A DNA stretch of 64,000 nucleotides from Bacteriovoracaceae bacterium (GCA_048270185.1 JBLWTJ010000005.1:12136-76135); one strand, 5' to 3'. Counted from the first letter of the stretch, positions 1 through 10,129 are shown. Made by a program: numbers and translations. Notes: generated from the letters alone by a model not told the origin.

Positions 1-310
1 CAATCCATATTCCAATTACCTCATCAATTACGATCCATGATGGGTCATGTGTTTCATATTCTCTTTCAACAACTCCTGTGATGTAGACTGCTCCTACTGT
101 CAAAATCAACAAAAAAGGAATAAAGAAAAAGAAAGGCATATTAAGTTTTCCCACAAAATAGAGTGGAATTATTGTTGCTAGACTTCCGGCCGTGCCAGGT
201 GCTTTAGGTGCCAGTCCTGAGCCGAAGAAAGTTAAAAATAAAATTCTTAAATCAGTTAGTGATTTAAATGTCAGTTTTTTTGTATTTTTTAGCTGATTTT
301 CTGTCTTCAT
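1..310 (-). CDS. pgpA: Phosphatidylglycerophosphatase A, partial (runs off the window start)
   Basis: Not in ORF track. Manual minus-strand translation from ATG at 310 gives MKTENQLK...FFGSGLAPKAPGTAGSLA...HDPSWIVIDEVIGIWI, containing both PgpA signature motifs. Confidence 0.9.
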   Translation of the reverse strand, partial: MKTENQLKNTKKLTFKSLTDLRILFLTFFGSGLAPKAPGTAGSLATIIPLYFVGKLNMPFFFFIPFLLILTVGAVYITGVVEREYETHDPSWIVIDEVIGIWI

Positions 311-354
311 GGGCTTATGGTAGCATTACTAATCGTTTAGAACAAAGTAACTTT

Positions 355-1584
355 ATGAATAGACCTGATTATTTAAAGAATTATATTTTTGACTGGGATG
401 TCTTTGATGTCGTTGTAGGTGGTAAGTCCGCCCTCGACTCAAACTTCTTTGTAGCGAAGTTAGATGACATTACAGAAGTAAATAAGTTCTTGAAAGGATA
501 TGGCCTTGATGCAGAAGATCCTGTGTCTCGGGCTGAGTTATTTGGAAACTTTCAAGAAGCGGTACAATTCATAAAAAGATACTTTCTAAAAGACGGTACT
601 CCTGATGGCCTTGATCTAGAGATTCCAAATTCACTTTATACTGTAACTGATATCAGTGGACTTTTCTTGATGGCAACTGGTAACTCTGAACATAGTGTAG
701 AAGAACAGTTATGGGCAGAAATTGTTTTAAAAGTTATGCACACGATTCTTCATGCCGATAAGGATCTTCGTTCAAATTACTTTAATCAAATTCAAACTCA
801 GATTTTTGATAAGTTTTATCGCTTCTTAAATCGAGATACAGATAATAACCTTTATCTGAAAGCAGGGGATATAACAATTCCATTGGTCGACTTCGAGACG
901 AAGTCAAAAAAGTCTCGTGATAGTGTAATTATTAAACTTCTTCACAAAGCTGAAAATGTAGCAGAAGAATTATTTGATCGAGTTGGAGTACGTTTAGTAA
1001 CAAGAAATAAATTGGATATTATTAAGGTTGTTCAGTTTCTTATTCGAAATTACATCATCACTCCTCATAATATTAAACCTTCACGTTCTCTTAATACGAT
1101 TTTTGATATTAACTTATTTCGCCAGAAATACTCTGGCCTTGTAAAAATGGCCTTAAGAAATAACTTGTCTGAAGAACGATTTATTTCTGCTGTTAATCGT
1201 GAGATCGATGAATGTAGTTTTGAAAATCTTGAGAGTGAGAGAAATCTACACTCATCTGCAAAGTATCGTTCTGTTCAGTTTACATGTCGACAATTGATTA
1301 AGTATAAGAATCCATTTCTGGCAGAGTTCTTTAAGCTAAGAAAGCTTGCTAAGGAAGAGGATTCAGCCGTTGCAAAAGAACTTCTAGGACTTGATTTCTC
1401 TTCACTATCGCGAGATATTCGTTTCTTCTATCCATTTGAAGTTCAAGTGGTTGATGAAAATTCTTATAGAATTAATTCTGAAGGAGAGGCTTCTCATTCA
1501 GAATATAAGAAAGCACAACGTATATATGCTATGAATCGAGTTTTCAAAAAATTACTGATTCATAAAGGCTTAGTTCAAGAATAA
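355..1584 (+). CDS. TIGR04552/TIGR04562-like protein with RelA/SpoT-synthetase-like nucleotidyltransferase motifs
   Basis: ORF 268..1584; start moved to ATG 355 (MNRPDY) because the longer form overlaps pgpA. Motifs KSRDSVIIKLLHK..ELFDRVGVR, YRSVQF, FEVQV, ASHSEYK. Confidence 0.7.
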   Translation: MNRPDYLKNYIFDWDVFDVVVGGKSALDSNFFVAKLDDITEVNKFLKGYGLDAEDPVSRAELFGNFQEAVQFIKRYFLKDGTPDGLDLEIPNSLYTVTDISGLFLMATGNSEHSVEEQLWAEIVLKVMHTILHADKDLRSNYFNQIQTQIFDKFYRFLNRDTDNNLYLKAGDITIPLVDFETKSKKSRDSVIIKLLHKAENVAEELFDRVGVRLVTRNKLDIIKVVQFLIRNYIITPHNIKPSRSLNTIFDINLFRQKYSGLVKMALRNNLSEERFISAVNREIDECSFENLESERNLHSSAKYRSVQFTCRQLIKYKNPFLAEFFKLRKLAKEEDSAVAKELLGLDFSSLSRDIRFFYPFEVQVVDENSYRINSEGEASHSEYKKAQRIYAMNRVFKKLLIHKGLVQE

Positions 1585-2451
1585 TTCAATTCTTTCATTG
1601 ATAAACTCATGAAAATCGACCTGTGGAACGTGGCTTCCATTTTTTACAATATACAGTTCTGAATTCGGCAGACCTTTATGAAGAATGGTTTGAAGATAAT
1701 TAGGAATAACCTTATCTTTATCTCCACCAATGACTAGTGTAGGGACCTTTATTTCACTAAGTTTGTTAATTACTTTTTGATCGCGCATTTGATTTAGTAG
1801 TTGGAAGAAAATATCGGGACTTAGTTCTCCAAGTTTTTTCATGTAATACTCAACAAACTCAAGCTTCGTTTTCTTTGTGTTAAAGCCACCATTCCAAACC
1901 ATAAGGCTTGCTAGGGGATTGAGATAGGCTTTCTCCCAGGCAAAGTTAAATTGACTCTTCCATTTCTTCTTTATTTCTTCAAGATAAGGCTGGGCCATGT
2001 CCACAATATTGGAGTCGAACATAATGTCTTGAGGAGGGAAGATAGTTCCAGAGATAAGAATCATTTTTTTTACTTCTTGTGGATAACGAAATGCATACTC
2101 AAGAGTAACGTTTACTCCCATTGAGTGACCAATATGAAACGTGGATTTTATATTAAGATGATTAATTAATTGATTTAAATCTTTTGTAATATTTTCGAAA
2201 GTAATAGAAGAGATACCTTCAGATGTTGTTGATTCATAGTGACCGCGATAATCGTGTAATAATATTTTGTAACCGAGTTCTTCGAAGAAATCGATTTGAT
2301 ATTGGAAGTGTCTAATATTGCAAACTAGTCCATAGTTAAAGACGATAACTTCATAATGTTCATGAGAGTCATCAATATTTGTCCAATATTGAATAGTCGT
2401 TTTTTCATCAATCTCTAATAATCTTGGATTATTCTTCCAGGAATTGTTCAT
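1570..2451 (-). CDS. Alpha/beta hydrolase
   Basis: GHSMG nucleophile elbow, DYRGHYES, GGDKD acid and GSH histidine. Confidence 0.85.
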   Translation of the reverse strand: MNNSWKNNPRLLEIDEKTTIQYWTNIDDSHEHYEVIVFNYGLVCNIRHFQYQIDFFEELGYKILLHDYRGHYESTTSEGISSITFENITKDLNQLINHLNIKSTFHIGHSMGVNVTLEYAFRYPQEVKKMILISGTIFPPQDIMFDSNIVDMAQPYLEEIKKKWKSQFNFAWEKAYLNPLASLMVWNGGFNTKKTKLEFVEYYMKKLGELSPDIFFQLLNQMRDQKVINKLSEIKVPTLVIGGDKDKVIPNYLQTILHKGLPNSELYIVKNGSHVPQVDFHEFINERIELFLN

Positions 2452-2866
2452 CGTAGTAACCAGTTAATTGAATATAGTGGTTTTCCAATGCAGTAAGAAA
2501 TTTATATTTTGCGGGCTCAGATTCTCTGATTTCCTCAAGATATTTATAATATTCATCTGCTTGATGCGATTCACTAAATTCGTATGAAAGAACTTTAATT
2601 ATTAAATTTTCAATTTCAATAATATCATTTTCTTTAAGTTTAATAATTCCACTAACTTGTTTTCTATTTACAAGGTATTGCTTTGAGGTAACAAATGTTA
2701 GAGAGTTACCAAGATTCTTAAATGCACCTAGGCGATTATCAACACTTTTATGATCGATTGGGATTGTATTATGAATTGAGCGGCCAATGAATATTCTTGG
2801 AAAATATAATTTGTATTGTCCGATCGCCAATGCATCTGGGGCATCAATAATTTCTAGGTGAATCAT
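2429..2866 (-). CDS. FHA-domain-like protein
   Basis: IFIGRS..NTIPIDHKSV and YLVN...LKENDIIEI resemble an FHA fold; degenerate. Confidence 0.55.
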   Translation of the reverse strand: MIHLEIIDAPDALAIGQYKLYFPRIFIGRSIHNTIPIDHKSVDNRLGAFKNLGNSLTFVTSKQYLVNRKQVSGIIKLKENDIIEIENLIIKVLSYEFSESHQADEYYKYLEEIRESEPAKYKFLTALENHYIQLTGYYDEQFLEE

Positions 2867-2891
2867 TTTATTATTTTACACCACAGTGAAA

Positions 2892-4985
2892 TTAAATCGT
2901 AGTGTAAACTTTTTCATCGTGAGACATTTTTTCGATGATAGCTTCAAATTGCTCGGGATACTTCCTAACATCCTCAATGGCCTCGTAGAGGATATCTTGA
3001 TTAAGAACAATATTTGCAAGTTTCTTTTGAGTCACGACACCTGATTGCTCTTGACCAAATAGGTCACCTTCTCCGCGAATCTTAAGATCTTCTTCTGCAA
3101 TCTTAAATCCGTCAGTATATTTTTCGATAACCTGAAGCCTTTGCATACTATCAGGAGTGATTTCACGATCTGTGACGAGAAAGCAAAAGCCAGGCTTATC
3201 GCCTCGTCCAACTCGGCCTCTCATTTGATGAAGTGAGCTTAGCCCAAATCTTTCAGGACTTAAGATGGCCATTACTGTCGAATTAATAATATTGATTCCA
3301 ACTTCAATAACTGAAGTTGCAACGAGGATATCTGTCTTATGCTCCTTGAAGTCTGTGATGGCATTCTGCTTTTCGTCAGAAGACATTTTTCCATGAAGAG
3401 CAGCTATACGATATTCTGGGAAGTACTTCTTGTAGAGCTCATAAGTGTGCTCTAGGTTTCTGATGTCTTCATTTTCAGATTCTTCAATTGCTGGAACAAC
3501 AACATAGACCTGTTCTTTCATTTCGAGTCTAGTCTTAACAAAGCTTAAGTAATTTTGAAGATTGCCATTAGTTACAATGCGTGTTTTTTGACCTTTGCGT
3601 CCTCCTGGCATTGTTTTGATAATTGAAATATCAAGATCACCATATTTTGTAAGACTTAAAGATCGTGGAATTGGGGTTGCCGACATAATTAAGCAGTGAG
3701 GATTGTCTCCCTTTTGAGTTAGGCGAATCCTTTGTTCAACACCAAATTTGTGCTGTTCATCGATAATGGCAAGTTGTAGATTTTTAAAATTTACTGAGTC
3801 TTGAAAAAGAGCATGAGTTCCAATGATAAAATCAATATCACCATTTTCTAATTCAATATTAATCTCTTTCTTAGTACTTGATTTTGTACTTCCAACCAAA
3901 AGCTTAACTTTATACTCACTCCCAAGAATCTCTTCGATTTCTCGAAAGTGTTGAAGTGCAAGAGTTTCTGTTGGACACATTAGGGCAACTTGTCCACCTG
4001 TTTTTAATATGAGAAATGCCGAGGCTACCGCCACAGTTGTCTTTCCACAACCAACATCACCTTGAATCAGTCTCATTGAAGGTGTTTCACTTCTAAAATC
4101 ATTAACAATATCGTTTAATGACTTGTCTTGATCCACTGTTAATTCGTATGGGTAGAGATGCTTTGATTCTTTTACTAAATTATCATCAATCTTAAGCTTT
4201 TCACGAGTTAGTTGATCTCGTTTATTCTTTCTAAGTTTTATCTTTAATTGATCATAAATGAATTCTTCATAGATAATTCTCTTCTTTGCTTCTTCAAATT
4301 TTTCTTGGCTCCAGTCATTTGGAGATACACGACCATGAAGGTATTTAAAAGCCAGAGAGCGACTAAGAAGATTCTTCTCCTGAATGATATCTTCAGGAAT
4401 GACTTCAGGAATATTATTCCAAAAGCCATTAGGAAGTTTATCAAAAACTTTTTGAATATGATGAGACTTGACACTATCAACAGTCGGGTAGGTAATACGA
4501 AGTCCGCTTTCTGTGTCAGATTTACCAAGTTCAAATATTTCCGGATTAACAATTTGTAATGACTCATTGAAGACGGATACGACTCCGAGAAATTCCAATT
4601 TCTTTAAACCTTCAAGTTTCTTTTGAATTGATTGATAAGAGTTAAACCATTTAAGGGTAATAAGATTTTCACTTAAGTCGTCTTTGATCGTAGCTGTAAT
4701 ATTCAAGAGTACAGCACGGCCTTTGCCGCGAGATTTGAAATTAGGGATGGCCCTAATCGAAACGACCTCTCCTCGACCTCGAAAGAAGTCTCCAATATTG
4801 GCAAATTGAAATGCTGCTATTTCTGGGAGTTTCACAATTCGCCTTGGCATAAGCCAAAGCAAATCGTTTATAGTCTGAATATTTTTCTTTTGAAGCGCTT
4901 CGAGAGTTTTTGTAGGCTTAGTATATAAGTCGGAAATTTGAGTATTTAGAATATCTCTACTTGTACTCAATGCTCTCCACCTCAT
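2892..4985 (-). CDS. recG: ATP-dependent DNA helicase RecG (start uncertain)
   Basis: QGDVGCGKT, IIDEQHKFG, MSATPIPRSL, HQMRGRVGRG, DLKIRGEGD. ATG 4985 chosen; it overlaps the greA 3' end. Confidence 0.93.
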   Translation of the reverse strand: MRWRALSTSRDILNTQISDLYTKPTKTLEALQKKNIQTINDLLWLMPRRIVKLPEIAAFQFANIGDFFRGRGEVVSIRAIPNFKSRGKGRAVLLNITATIKDDLSENLITLKWFNSYQSIQKKLEGLKKLEFLGVVSVFNESLQIVNPEIFELGKSDTESGLRITYPTVDSVKSHHIQKVFDKLPNGFWNNIPEVIPEDIIQEKNLLSRSLAFKYLHGRVSPNDWSQEKFEEAKKRIIYEEFIYDQLKIKLRKNKRDQLTREKLKIDDNLVKESKHLYPYELTVDQDKSLNDIVNDFRSETPSMRLIQGDVGCGKTTVAVASAFLILKTGGQVALMCPTETLALQHFREIEEILGSEYKVKLLVGSTKSSTKKEINIELENGDIDFIIGTHALFQDSVNFKNLQLAIIDEQHKFGVEQRIRLTQKGDNPHCLIMSATPIPRSLSLTKYGDLDISIIKTMPGGRKGQKTRIVTNGNLQNYLSFVKTRLEMKEQVYVVVPAIEESENEDIRNLEHTYELYKKYFPEYRIAALHGKMSSDEKQNAITDFKEHKTDILVATSVIEVGINIINSTVMAILSPERFGLSSLHQMRGRVGRGDKPGFCFLVTDREITPDSMQRLQVIEKYTDGFKIAEEDLKIRGEGDLFGQEQSGVVTQKKLANIVLNQDILYEAIEDVRKYPEQFEAIIEKMSHDEKVYTTI

Positions 4986-5430
4986 ATTCGATATTGCCTT
5001 TTGGTGCACGAACAATGACTTCATCGCCTTCTTCTTTACCAATTAGGGCCTTACCTAGTGGACTGCTATATGAAATTAGTCCCTTCTTCATATCTGACTC
5101 AGGCTCACCAACAATCTTATAAGTAAGAGTTTCGTCAGTATCAACATTGACAATAGTTACTGTTGCACCAAAAACAATTTTATCTGATTCAACTGTACTT
5201 GGATCAATAACTTCTGAGCTTGCAATGATCCCTTGAAGTTGTGAGATTCTTCCTTCAACAACGCCTTGTTTTTCTTTAGCAGCATGGTACTCAGCATTCT
5301 CTTTAAGATCTCCAAGTTCACGTGCTTCTGCAATTGTAACTTTAAGTTCTTCTCTTTCTACTTTAATGAGGTGATCAAGCTCTGCTTGAACTGCATCGTA
5401 GCCTTGTTTAGTTATTGGTTGAGTCGACAT
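4957..5430 (-). CDS. greA: Transcription elongation factor GreA
   Basis: ARELGDLKENAEYHAAK and ISYSSPLGKALIGK. Confidence 0.96.
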   Translation of the reverse strand: MSTQPITKQGYDAVQAELDHLIKVEREELKVTIAEARELGDLKENAEYHAAKEKQGVVEGRISQLQGIIASSEVIDPSTVESDKIVFGATVTIVNVDTDETLTYKIVGEPESDMKKGLISYSSPLGKALIGKEEGDEVIVRAPKGNIEYEVESIEYK

Positions 5431-5441
5431 ATTTGATTCCT

Positions 5442-5738
5442 TTATTTAAATAATGCATTTGCTGCGGCGAGAATATCATCTTTCTGATCCCCTCCATCAT
5501 CGCTACCTTTGAGAATAAAATAATCACAAAAGTTAGCCTTTTCTTTTTCAACGATACGATCAGCACTTGTCTCTCGACATTCGTTATATGCAGTTATGTC
5601 ATAGAATGAGCACATTTTACAACAATGTATACTGGCGTAGCAATAAGGGCATTCTTCGGTTCTTAAAATTCTTTGACCGGGCGATAAATCGAGTTCCTTA
5701 TGACACGCGTGGCAATTAATTTCTTTCTTCGTTAACAT
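5442..5738 (-). CDS. Small Cys-rich, probably Zn-binding hypothetical protein
   Basis: CHAC, CPYC, CCKMC, ECRE, NFCDYF; ATG overlaps the upstream TAA (TAATG). Confidence 0.7.
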   Translation of the reverse strand: MLTKKEINCHACHKELDLSPGQRILRTEECPYCYASIHCCKMCSFYDITAYNECRETSADRIVEKEKANFCDYFILKGSDDGGDQKDDILAAANALFK

Positions 5739-6229
5739 TAAAAGCTCCAACTTTTTTCAATGTAGACGTCTGGTGTATTAATTGAATCATCTGATTTTAA
5801 GAAGATTTTAGGCTCTTGTCTTTTATTATATTCATCAATACTGCGATATAGCAGCTCTTCATTGGCCGTTTGGATAGTCTTAGATAGTAAGTAATTAAGA
5901 ACAAGAACGACGGCCCCTGATGCAATTAATGTTCTTTTAGTATTTGTACTTGGGTTAGTTAAAAAAGCTGAAAGTACTAGGCCGCTACCGACTGTTCCCA
6001 TTATTGCCGGGCGCCAAATATCTTCTTGTGAAGACTGATAGTCATTTAGATAGCTTAGCGCCACTTTATCTTTTTCAAGGTGATATCTTAGCCCTTCTCC
6101 TTTAAGAGATGAACTTGGGTCAATAAGAATTTCTTGCTGATTAATTACTGCGACGCGTGAGCAAGTCTCATCATTTGCTGAAATGAATGTTGAAAATAAT
6201 AATGTAGCGATTATAAATAATTCTTTCAC
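5738..6229 (-). CDS. Hypothetical secreted/membrane protein
   Basis: Signal peptide, two hydrophobic segments, C-terminal WSF. Confidence 0.6.
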   Translation of the reverse strand: MKELFIIATLLFSTFISANDETCSRVAVINQQEILIDPSSSLKGEGLRYHLEKDKVALSYLNDYQSSQEDIWRPAIMGTVGSGLVLSAFLTNPSTNTKRTLIASGAVVLVLNYLLSKTIQTANEELLYRSIDEYNKRQEPKIFLKSDDSINTPDVYIEKSWSF

Positions 6230-6320
6230 ACTATATTTTTACCACTTTTCTTCCAATAGGGCTATGCACCTTTTGATCGTGTCGTGATAAAATAAATTTA
6301 ATTAAAAGAAAGGAATTTTT

Positions 6321-8036
6321 GTGGGGCTAATTACAACAAGTTTTAAATTATCTAAAACAATTAGAAATATTTCACGCTTAAGAGAAATTGCAACTGTTTT
6401 TGCTAAAAATGGCCTTGATGAATTTCTTTCACAGAATGTTTTAAATAAAATACCAAACTTTGTTTTTCCAAAGAAAAATGAAGAACTAGAGAAGGTTCCA
6501 GTTCACGAAAACTCTTGGGGTGATGTGATGGGATATCGTCTCAGGCTTTGTTTTGAAGAACTGGGGCCGGCATTTGTTAAGTTTGGTCAATTACTTAGTA
6601 CACGTGAAGATATTTTTGATGAAGATTTCATTAATCATATGAAAGTTCTAAGGGATCAAGTTAGTCCTCTCCCTTTCTCTAAAATAAAAGATAATGTTGA
6701 AGAATCTCTCGGACAATCAGTTGATGAAGTTTTTGAATTTATTGATGACAAACCAATTGGGACAGCTTCGATTGGGCTTGTGTACCGCGCTCAACTTAAG
6801 ACAGGTGAAAAAGTTGTCTTAAAAGTAAAGCGTCCAGGTATTGATCGAATCATTGAAACAGATCTATCTATTTTGATATTTCTTGCGACTCAAACAGAAA
6901 GAGCTGCAGATGATATTAAATTCTTAGGTTTCTCAAAAGTGTTAGAGGATTTCTCATACTCACTACAGAGTGAACTAAATTTCAACGTTGAAGCATTAAA
7001 CTGTGAGAAACTTAAAAAAGTAATTTCTAAATACGATGAAAATTGTATTTTTCATTTACCAAAAATCTATAAAGACTTTTCAAGTGAAGATCTCCTGGTC
7101 ATGGAACTCATTGAAGGGACTGCATTTAGTCAAAGTGAAGAAATTAAGGGATATCTTGATGAGCTCGCTCCCAAGCTAGATGAAAGTGTAAGAGTCTTTA
7201 TGAGGTGCTTTTTAAATGAAGGTTTTTTTCATGCTGACCTTCATGGTGGAAACTTTTTTTACATGCCTAACGGAAAGATTGCTCTCATCGATTTTGGTCT
7301 AGTTGGTAATCTTTCAAAAAATGCACGACATAATTTCATTGCAATTATCTATGCTATTTTAACCCAAAACTTTGAAAATCTTGTTTACGAATTTCTTGAC
7401 GTGGCCATTTATGAAACGGTACCAGATGTTGATAAGTTAATTATTGATATTAAGAATGCCATTGGCCCTCAAATTGGTTTGACGATTCAGCAAACAAATT
7501 TTTCTTTAATTATTAGATCGATTATTACGACGCTAAGAGAACATCATATTTTTCTTCCAAGTGAGTGGTTTGTTGTTTTTAGAGCATTTATAACACTTGA
7601 TGGAGTAGGGAAATCTCTTGGATTAGATTTTGATATCTTCACTCTTTTAGAGGGTGATATTAATGGAATTATTAAAGATAGTTTTACACCAGAAGCTTTT
7701 ATAGAAGATGGAATGTGGATTGGTAAAGATTTACTGAGTGCTTCTCGTATCGTACCTCGCCACCTTAAATGGTTTTTAAAAGAATTTGCAAAGAATAACT
7801 ATGCTCTTAAGATTCGTCATAAAGGTATATGGAAGCCAATATCATCTCTTGCAAGTAGTGTTCGTCTTCTTTCTTTCTATATATTAGGTGGGATATTTTT
7901 CTTTATCGGAAAGAGTTTTGTTGTTCCAGACCTATTGATTAATAAACCTCTTCTTGAACTACCTTCCGTGACGCTTGTTTTCTGGTGTGCTTCAATGGCC
8001 GCATTTGGCTATGGAACACTAAAGCATCGCACTTAG
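6321..8036 (+). CDS. ABC1/UbiB-family atypical kinase
   Basis: ELGPAFVKFGQLLSTR, IGTASIG, VLKVKRPG, FFHADLHGGN, IDFGLVG; C-terminal TM helices. Confidence 0.9.
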   Translation: MGLITTSFKLSKTIRNISRLREIATVFAKNGLDEFLSQNVLNKIPNFVFPKKNEELEKVPVHENSWGDVMGYRLRLCFEELGPAFVKFGQLLSTREDIFDEDFINHMKVLRDQVSPLPFSKIKDNVEESLGQSVDEVFEFIDDKPIGTASIGLVYRAQLKTGEKVVLKVKRPGIDRIIETDLSILIFLATQTERAADDIKFLGFSKVLEDFSYSLQSELNFNVEALNCEKLKKVISKYDENCIFHLPKIYKDFSSEDLLVMELIEGTAFSQSEEIKGYLDELAPKLDESVRVFMRCFLNEGFFHADLHGGNFFYMPNGKIALIDFGLVGNLSKNARHNFIAIIYAILTQNFENLVYEFLDVAIYETVPDVDKLIIDIKNAIGPQIGLTIQQTNFSLIIRSIITTLREHHIFLPSEWFVVFRAFITLDGVGKSLGLDFDIFTLLEGDINGIIKDSFTPEAFIEDGMWIGKDLLSASRIVPRHLKWFLKEFAKNNYALKIRHKGIWKPISSLASSVRLLSFYILGGIFFFIGKSFVVPDLLINKPLLELPSVTLVFWCASMAAFGYGTLKHRT

Positions 8037-9034
8037 ATACTATCGGCTCCTGATATATAAATTGGGGGTATGAGATCAAAGAGTTCTTGTGCTTGGTTAG
8101 GTCCAAATAGAATAGGAAGAATCTCATCTTGATCGATTTGAAATACTTCCTCATCAATCTTTAATATAAACTCTTGGTTGAATTCGATTAAAAGTTTATT
8201 CTTTGAAATTTTGTTAATAAACTCGCAAAATAACTTTTGATTTAAAACTTTTCCAAAAGCAAGATGAATATAGAAGCTTTCGTCATCATAAAGATAAGGA
8301 CTTAGAACTTGAAGTTGATGAAATTTAGAAAGTTCTTTTTCATTATCTGTAAAAGATATCTCATGAATGATTCCTTTTAAGTCCTGTCCCTTTTCGAAGA
8401 AGAGGTAATCTGTCACTTTATTAGAATCTTTCTTAATATATAAATGATTTGAAGTTATCTTTGCAATTTCGTCCCAATCATTAGTATCTCGTTTAACCTT
8501 GATGCTATCTTTATAAGATTTATTATATAAAGGTGCGAGTAACTTATAATCAATTTCATTTGCTTTTGTATATTGATTCGAGGTTATTCGATCTTGTGTT
8601 ACAACTTCAGTACCTAAAACAGCTGTCAATCCAAATGGTCTGAATCCAAACTTTTGATAGAGCTTGTCGTGGTCACTCCATAAGATAACTAATGCACATT
8701 TATCTTGATAGATGGCCATCGTATGTTCATAAAGTTTTTTAAAATGCCCCTGACCTTGATATTCTTTCTTCGTAACAATTCCACCAATAAAGATCGTATC
8801 TACCTCGCTACCTTTGTAGTCTAGTGTAACAGGCCTGACACCGATATGTGCTATGACTTCATTGTTGTCACTTAATAGAAGATGGCAATTCTTTAGATTA
8901 TCTTCTTTGACCAGTTGATAGAAGTCGATATTAAATGATTGATCGCTGTCATAGTGAAATGCAGATTCAATCTCTTTAATAATCTCGTCTTTATATTGTG
9001 AATATTGGGCCAATGTCGAAAATTTCATGTCCAT
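8033..9034 (-). CDS. GNAT-family N-acetyltransferase (Eis-like N-terminus)
   Basis: IGGIVTKKEYQGQGHF acetyl-CoA motif A and LYQKFGF. Confidence 0.8.
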   Translation of the reverse strand: MDMKFSTLAQYSQYKDEIIKEIESAFHYDSDQSFNIDFYQLVKEDNLKNCHLLLSDNNEVIAHIGVRPVTLDYKGSEVDTIFIGGIVTKKEYQGQGHFKKLYEHTMAIYQDKCALVILWSDHDKLYQKFGFRPFGLTAVLGTEVVTQDRITSNQYTKANEIDYKLLAPLYNKSYKDSIKVKRDTNDWDEIAKITSNHLYIKKDSNKVTDYLFFEKGQDLKGIIHEISFTDNEKELSKFHQLQVLSPYLYDDESFYIHLAFGKVLNQKLFCEFINKISKNKLLIEFNQEFILKIDEEVFQIDQDEILPILFGPNQAQELFDLIPPIYISGADSI

Positions 9035-9160
9035 TTATTTTACATTTTTTTTTATGTTACGACCTGATGAGTTTAGTCGACAATTCAAGAAGCCTTTAAA
9101 TACTGACTTTCTTACTGAACTAGGCAAAAAAATCCGTATAAGAAATAGACAAGATTTTTC

Positions 9161-9187
9161 TAAAGAGATTAATTTTTAGAGCGATAA
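9161..9187 (+). promoter_or_regulatory. Sigma28 (FliA)-like promoter of flagellin 1
   Basis: TAAA-N15-AGCGATAA versus consensus TAAA-N15-GCCGATAA, 80 nt upstream of the ATG. Confidence 0.6.
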
Positions 9188-9201
9188 GTGGGTGTATCAA
9201 T

Positions 9202-9263
9202 TGTAACAGGACTTACAGTTGACCAGCAGGAAGGAATCTTGTTGGGACCCAATCAAGGAGGAT
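9202..9263 (+). promoter_or_regulatory. Flagellin 1 leader with GGA-loop hairpins (putative CsrA sites)
   Basis: TGTAA-CAGGAC-TTACA (9202-9217), CCAGCAGGA-AGGAA-TCTTGTTGG (9223-9245), and GGA within the RBS. Confidence 0.55.
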
Positions 9264-9266
9264 AGA

Positions 9267-10115
9267 ATGGGATTACGTATCAACACAAATGTTGCTTCTC
9301 TTAATGCACAGAGGAACCTACGTGGTACACGTCTTGGTATGCAACAATCACTAGAAAAACTTTCATCAGGTCAGAGAATTAACAGAGCAGGTGACGATGC
9401 CGCAGGTCTAGCAATCTCTGAAAACCTAAAGGCTCAAATTAGAGGTCTTGGACAAGCAGAAAGAAACGCCGAAGATGGTATCTCTCTTGTTCAAATCGCT
9501 GAAGGTGCTTTAGGTGAAGTATCAAATATCTTAATCAGACTTAGAGAACTATCAGTACAAGCAGCTTCGGACACTATTGGAGCAACTGAAAGAAAGTTCC
9601 TAAACGTCGAATTCGAACAATTAACTTCAGAAGTTGATCGTATCGCTAACTCAACTGAGTTCAACAGAGTACCACTACTAAATGGTACAGGTGCAGTATT
9701 TGATATCCAAATCGGTACGCGAAATGACCCTATATCAGACCGTTTAACGTTTGACGCGTCATCAGCGGACGTAAATGTCGCAGCACTTGGACTTAACTTA
9801 GCATCAGTTGCTGATAAGATTTCTGCACAGAACTCATTATCATCAATTGACCAGGCGATTATCTCAGTATCTGGAATTAGAGCAGACTTTGGTGCCCTTC
9901 AAAATAGACTTCAATCAACGGTAAATAATATTGCAACGTCGATTGAAAACTTAAGTGCAGCAAACTCTCGTGTAAGAGACACTGATGTAGCAGCAGAAAC
10001 TGCAAACTTAACAAAACAAAACATTCTAATGACTGCCGGTACTTCGGTTCTTGCTCAGGCAAACACTAGTACAAATAGTGCACTAAGCTTAATCCAGGCA
10101 GCTTCTCAAGGGTAA
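9267..10115 (+). CDS. fliC: Flagellin (short, 282 aa)
   Basis: MGLRINTNVASL, LSSGQRINRAGDDAAGLAISE, RADFGALQNRL, SRVRDTD. Start placed at ATG 9267 after AAGGAGG. Confidence 0.96.
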   Translation: MGLRINTNVASLNAQRNLRGTRLGMQQSLEKLSSGQRINRAGDDAAGLAISENLKAQIRGLGQAERNAEDGISLVQIAEGALGEVSNILIRLRELSVQAASDTIGATERKFLNVEFEQLTSEVDRIANSTEFNRVPLLNGTGAVFDIQIGTRNDPISDRLTFDASSADVNVAALGLNLASVADKISAQNSLSSIDQAIISVSGIRADFGALQNRLQSTVNNIATSIENLSAANSRVRDTDVAAETANLTKQNILMTAGTSVLAQANTSTNSALSLIQAASQG

Positions 10116-10129
10116 TAACCCTTGAAAGC

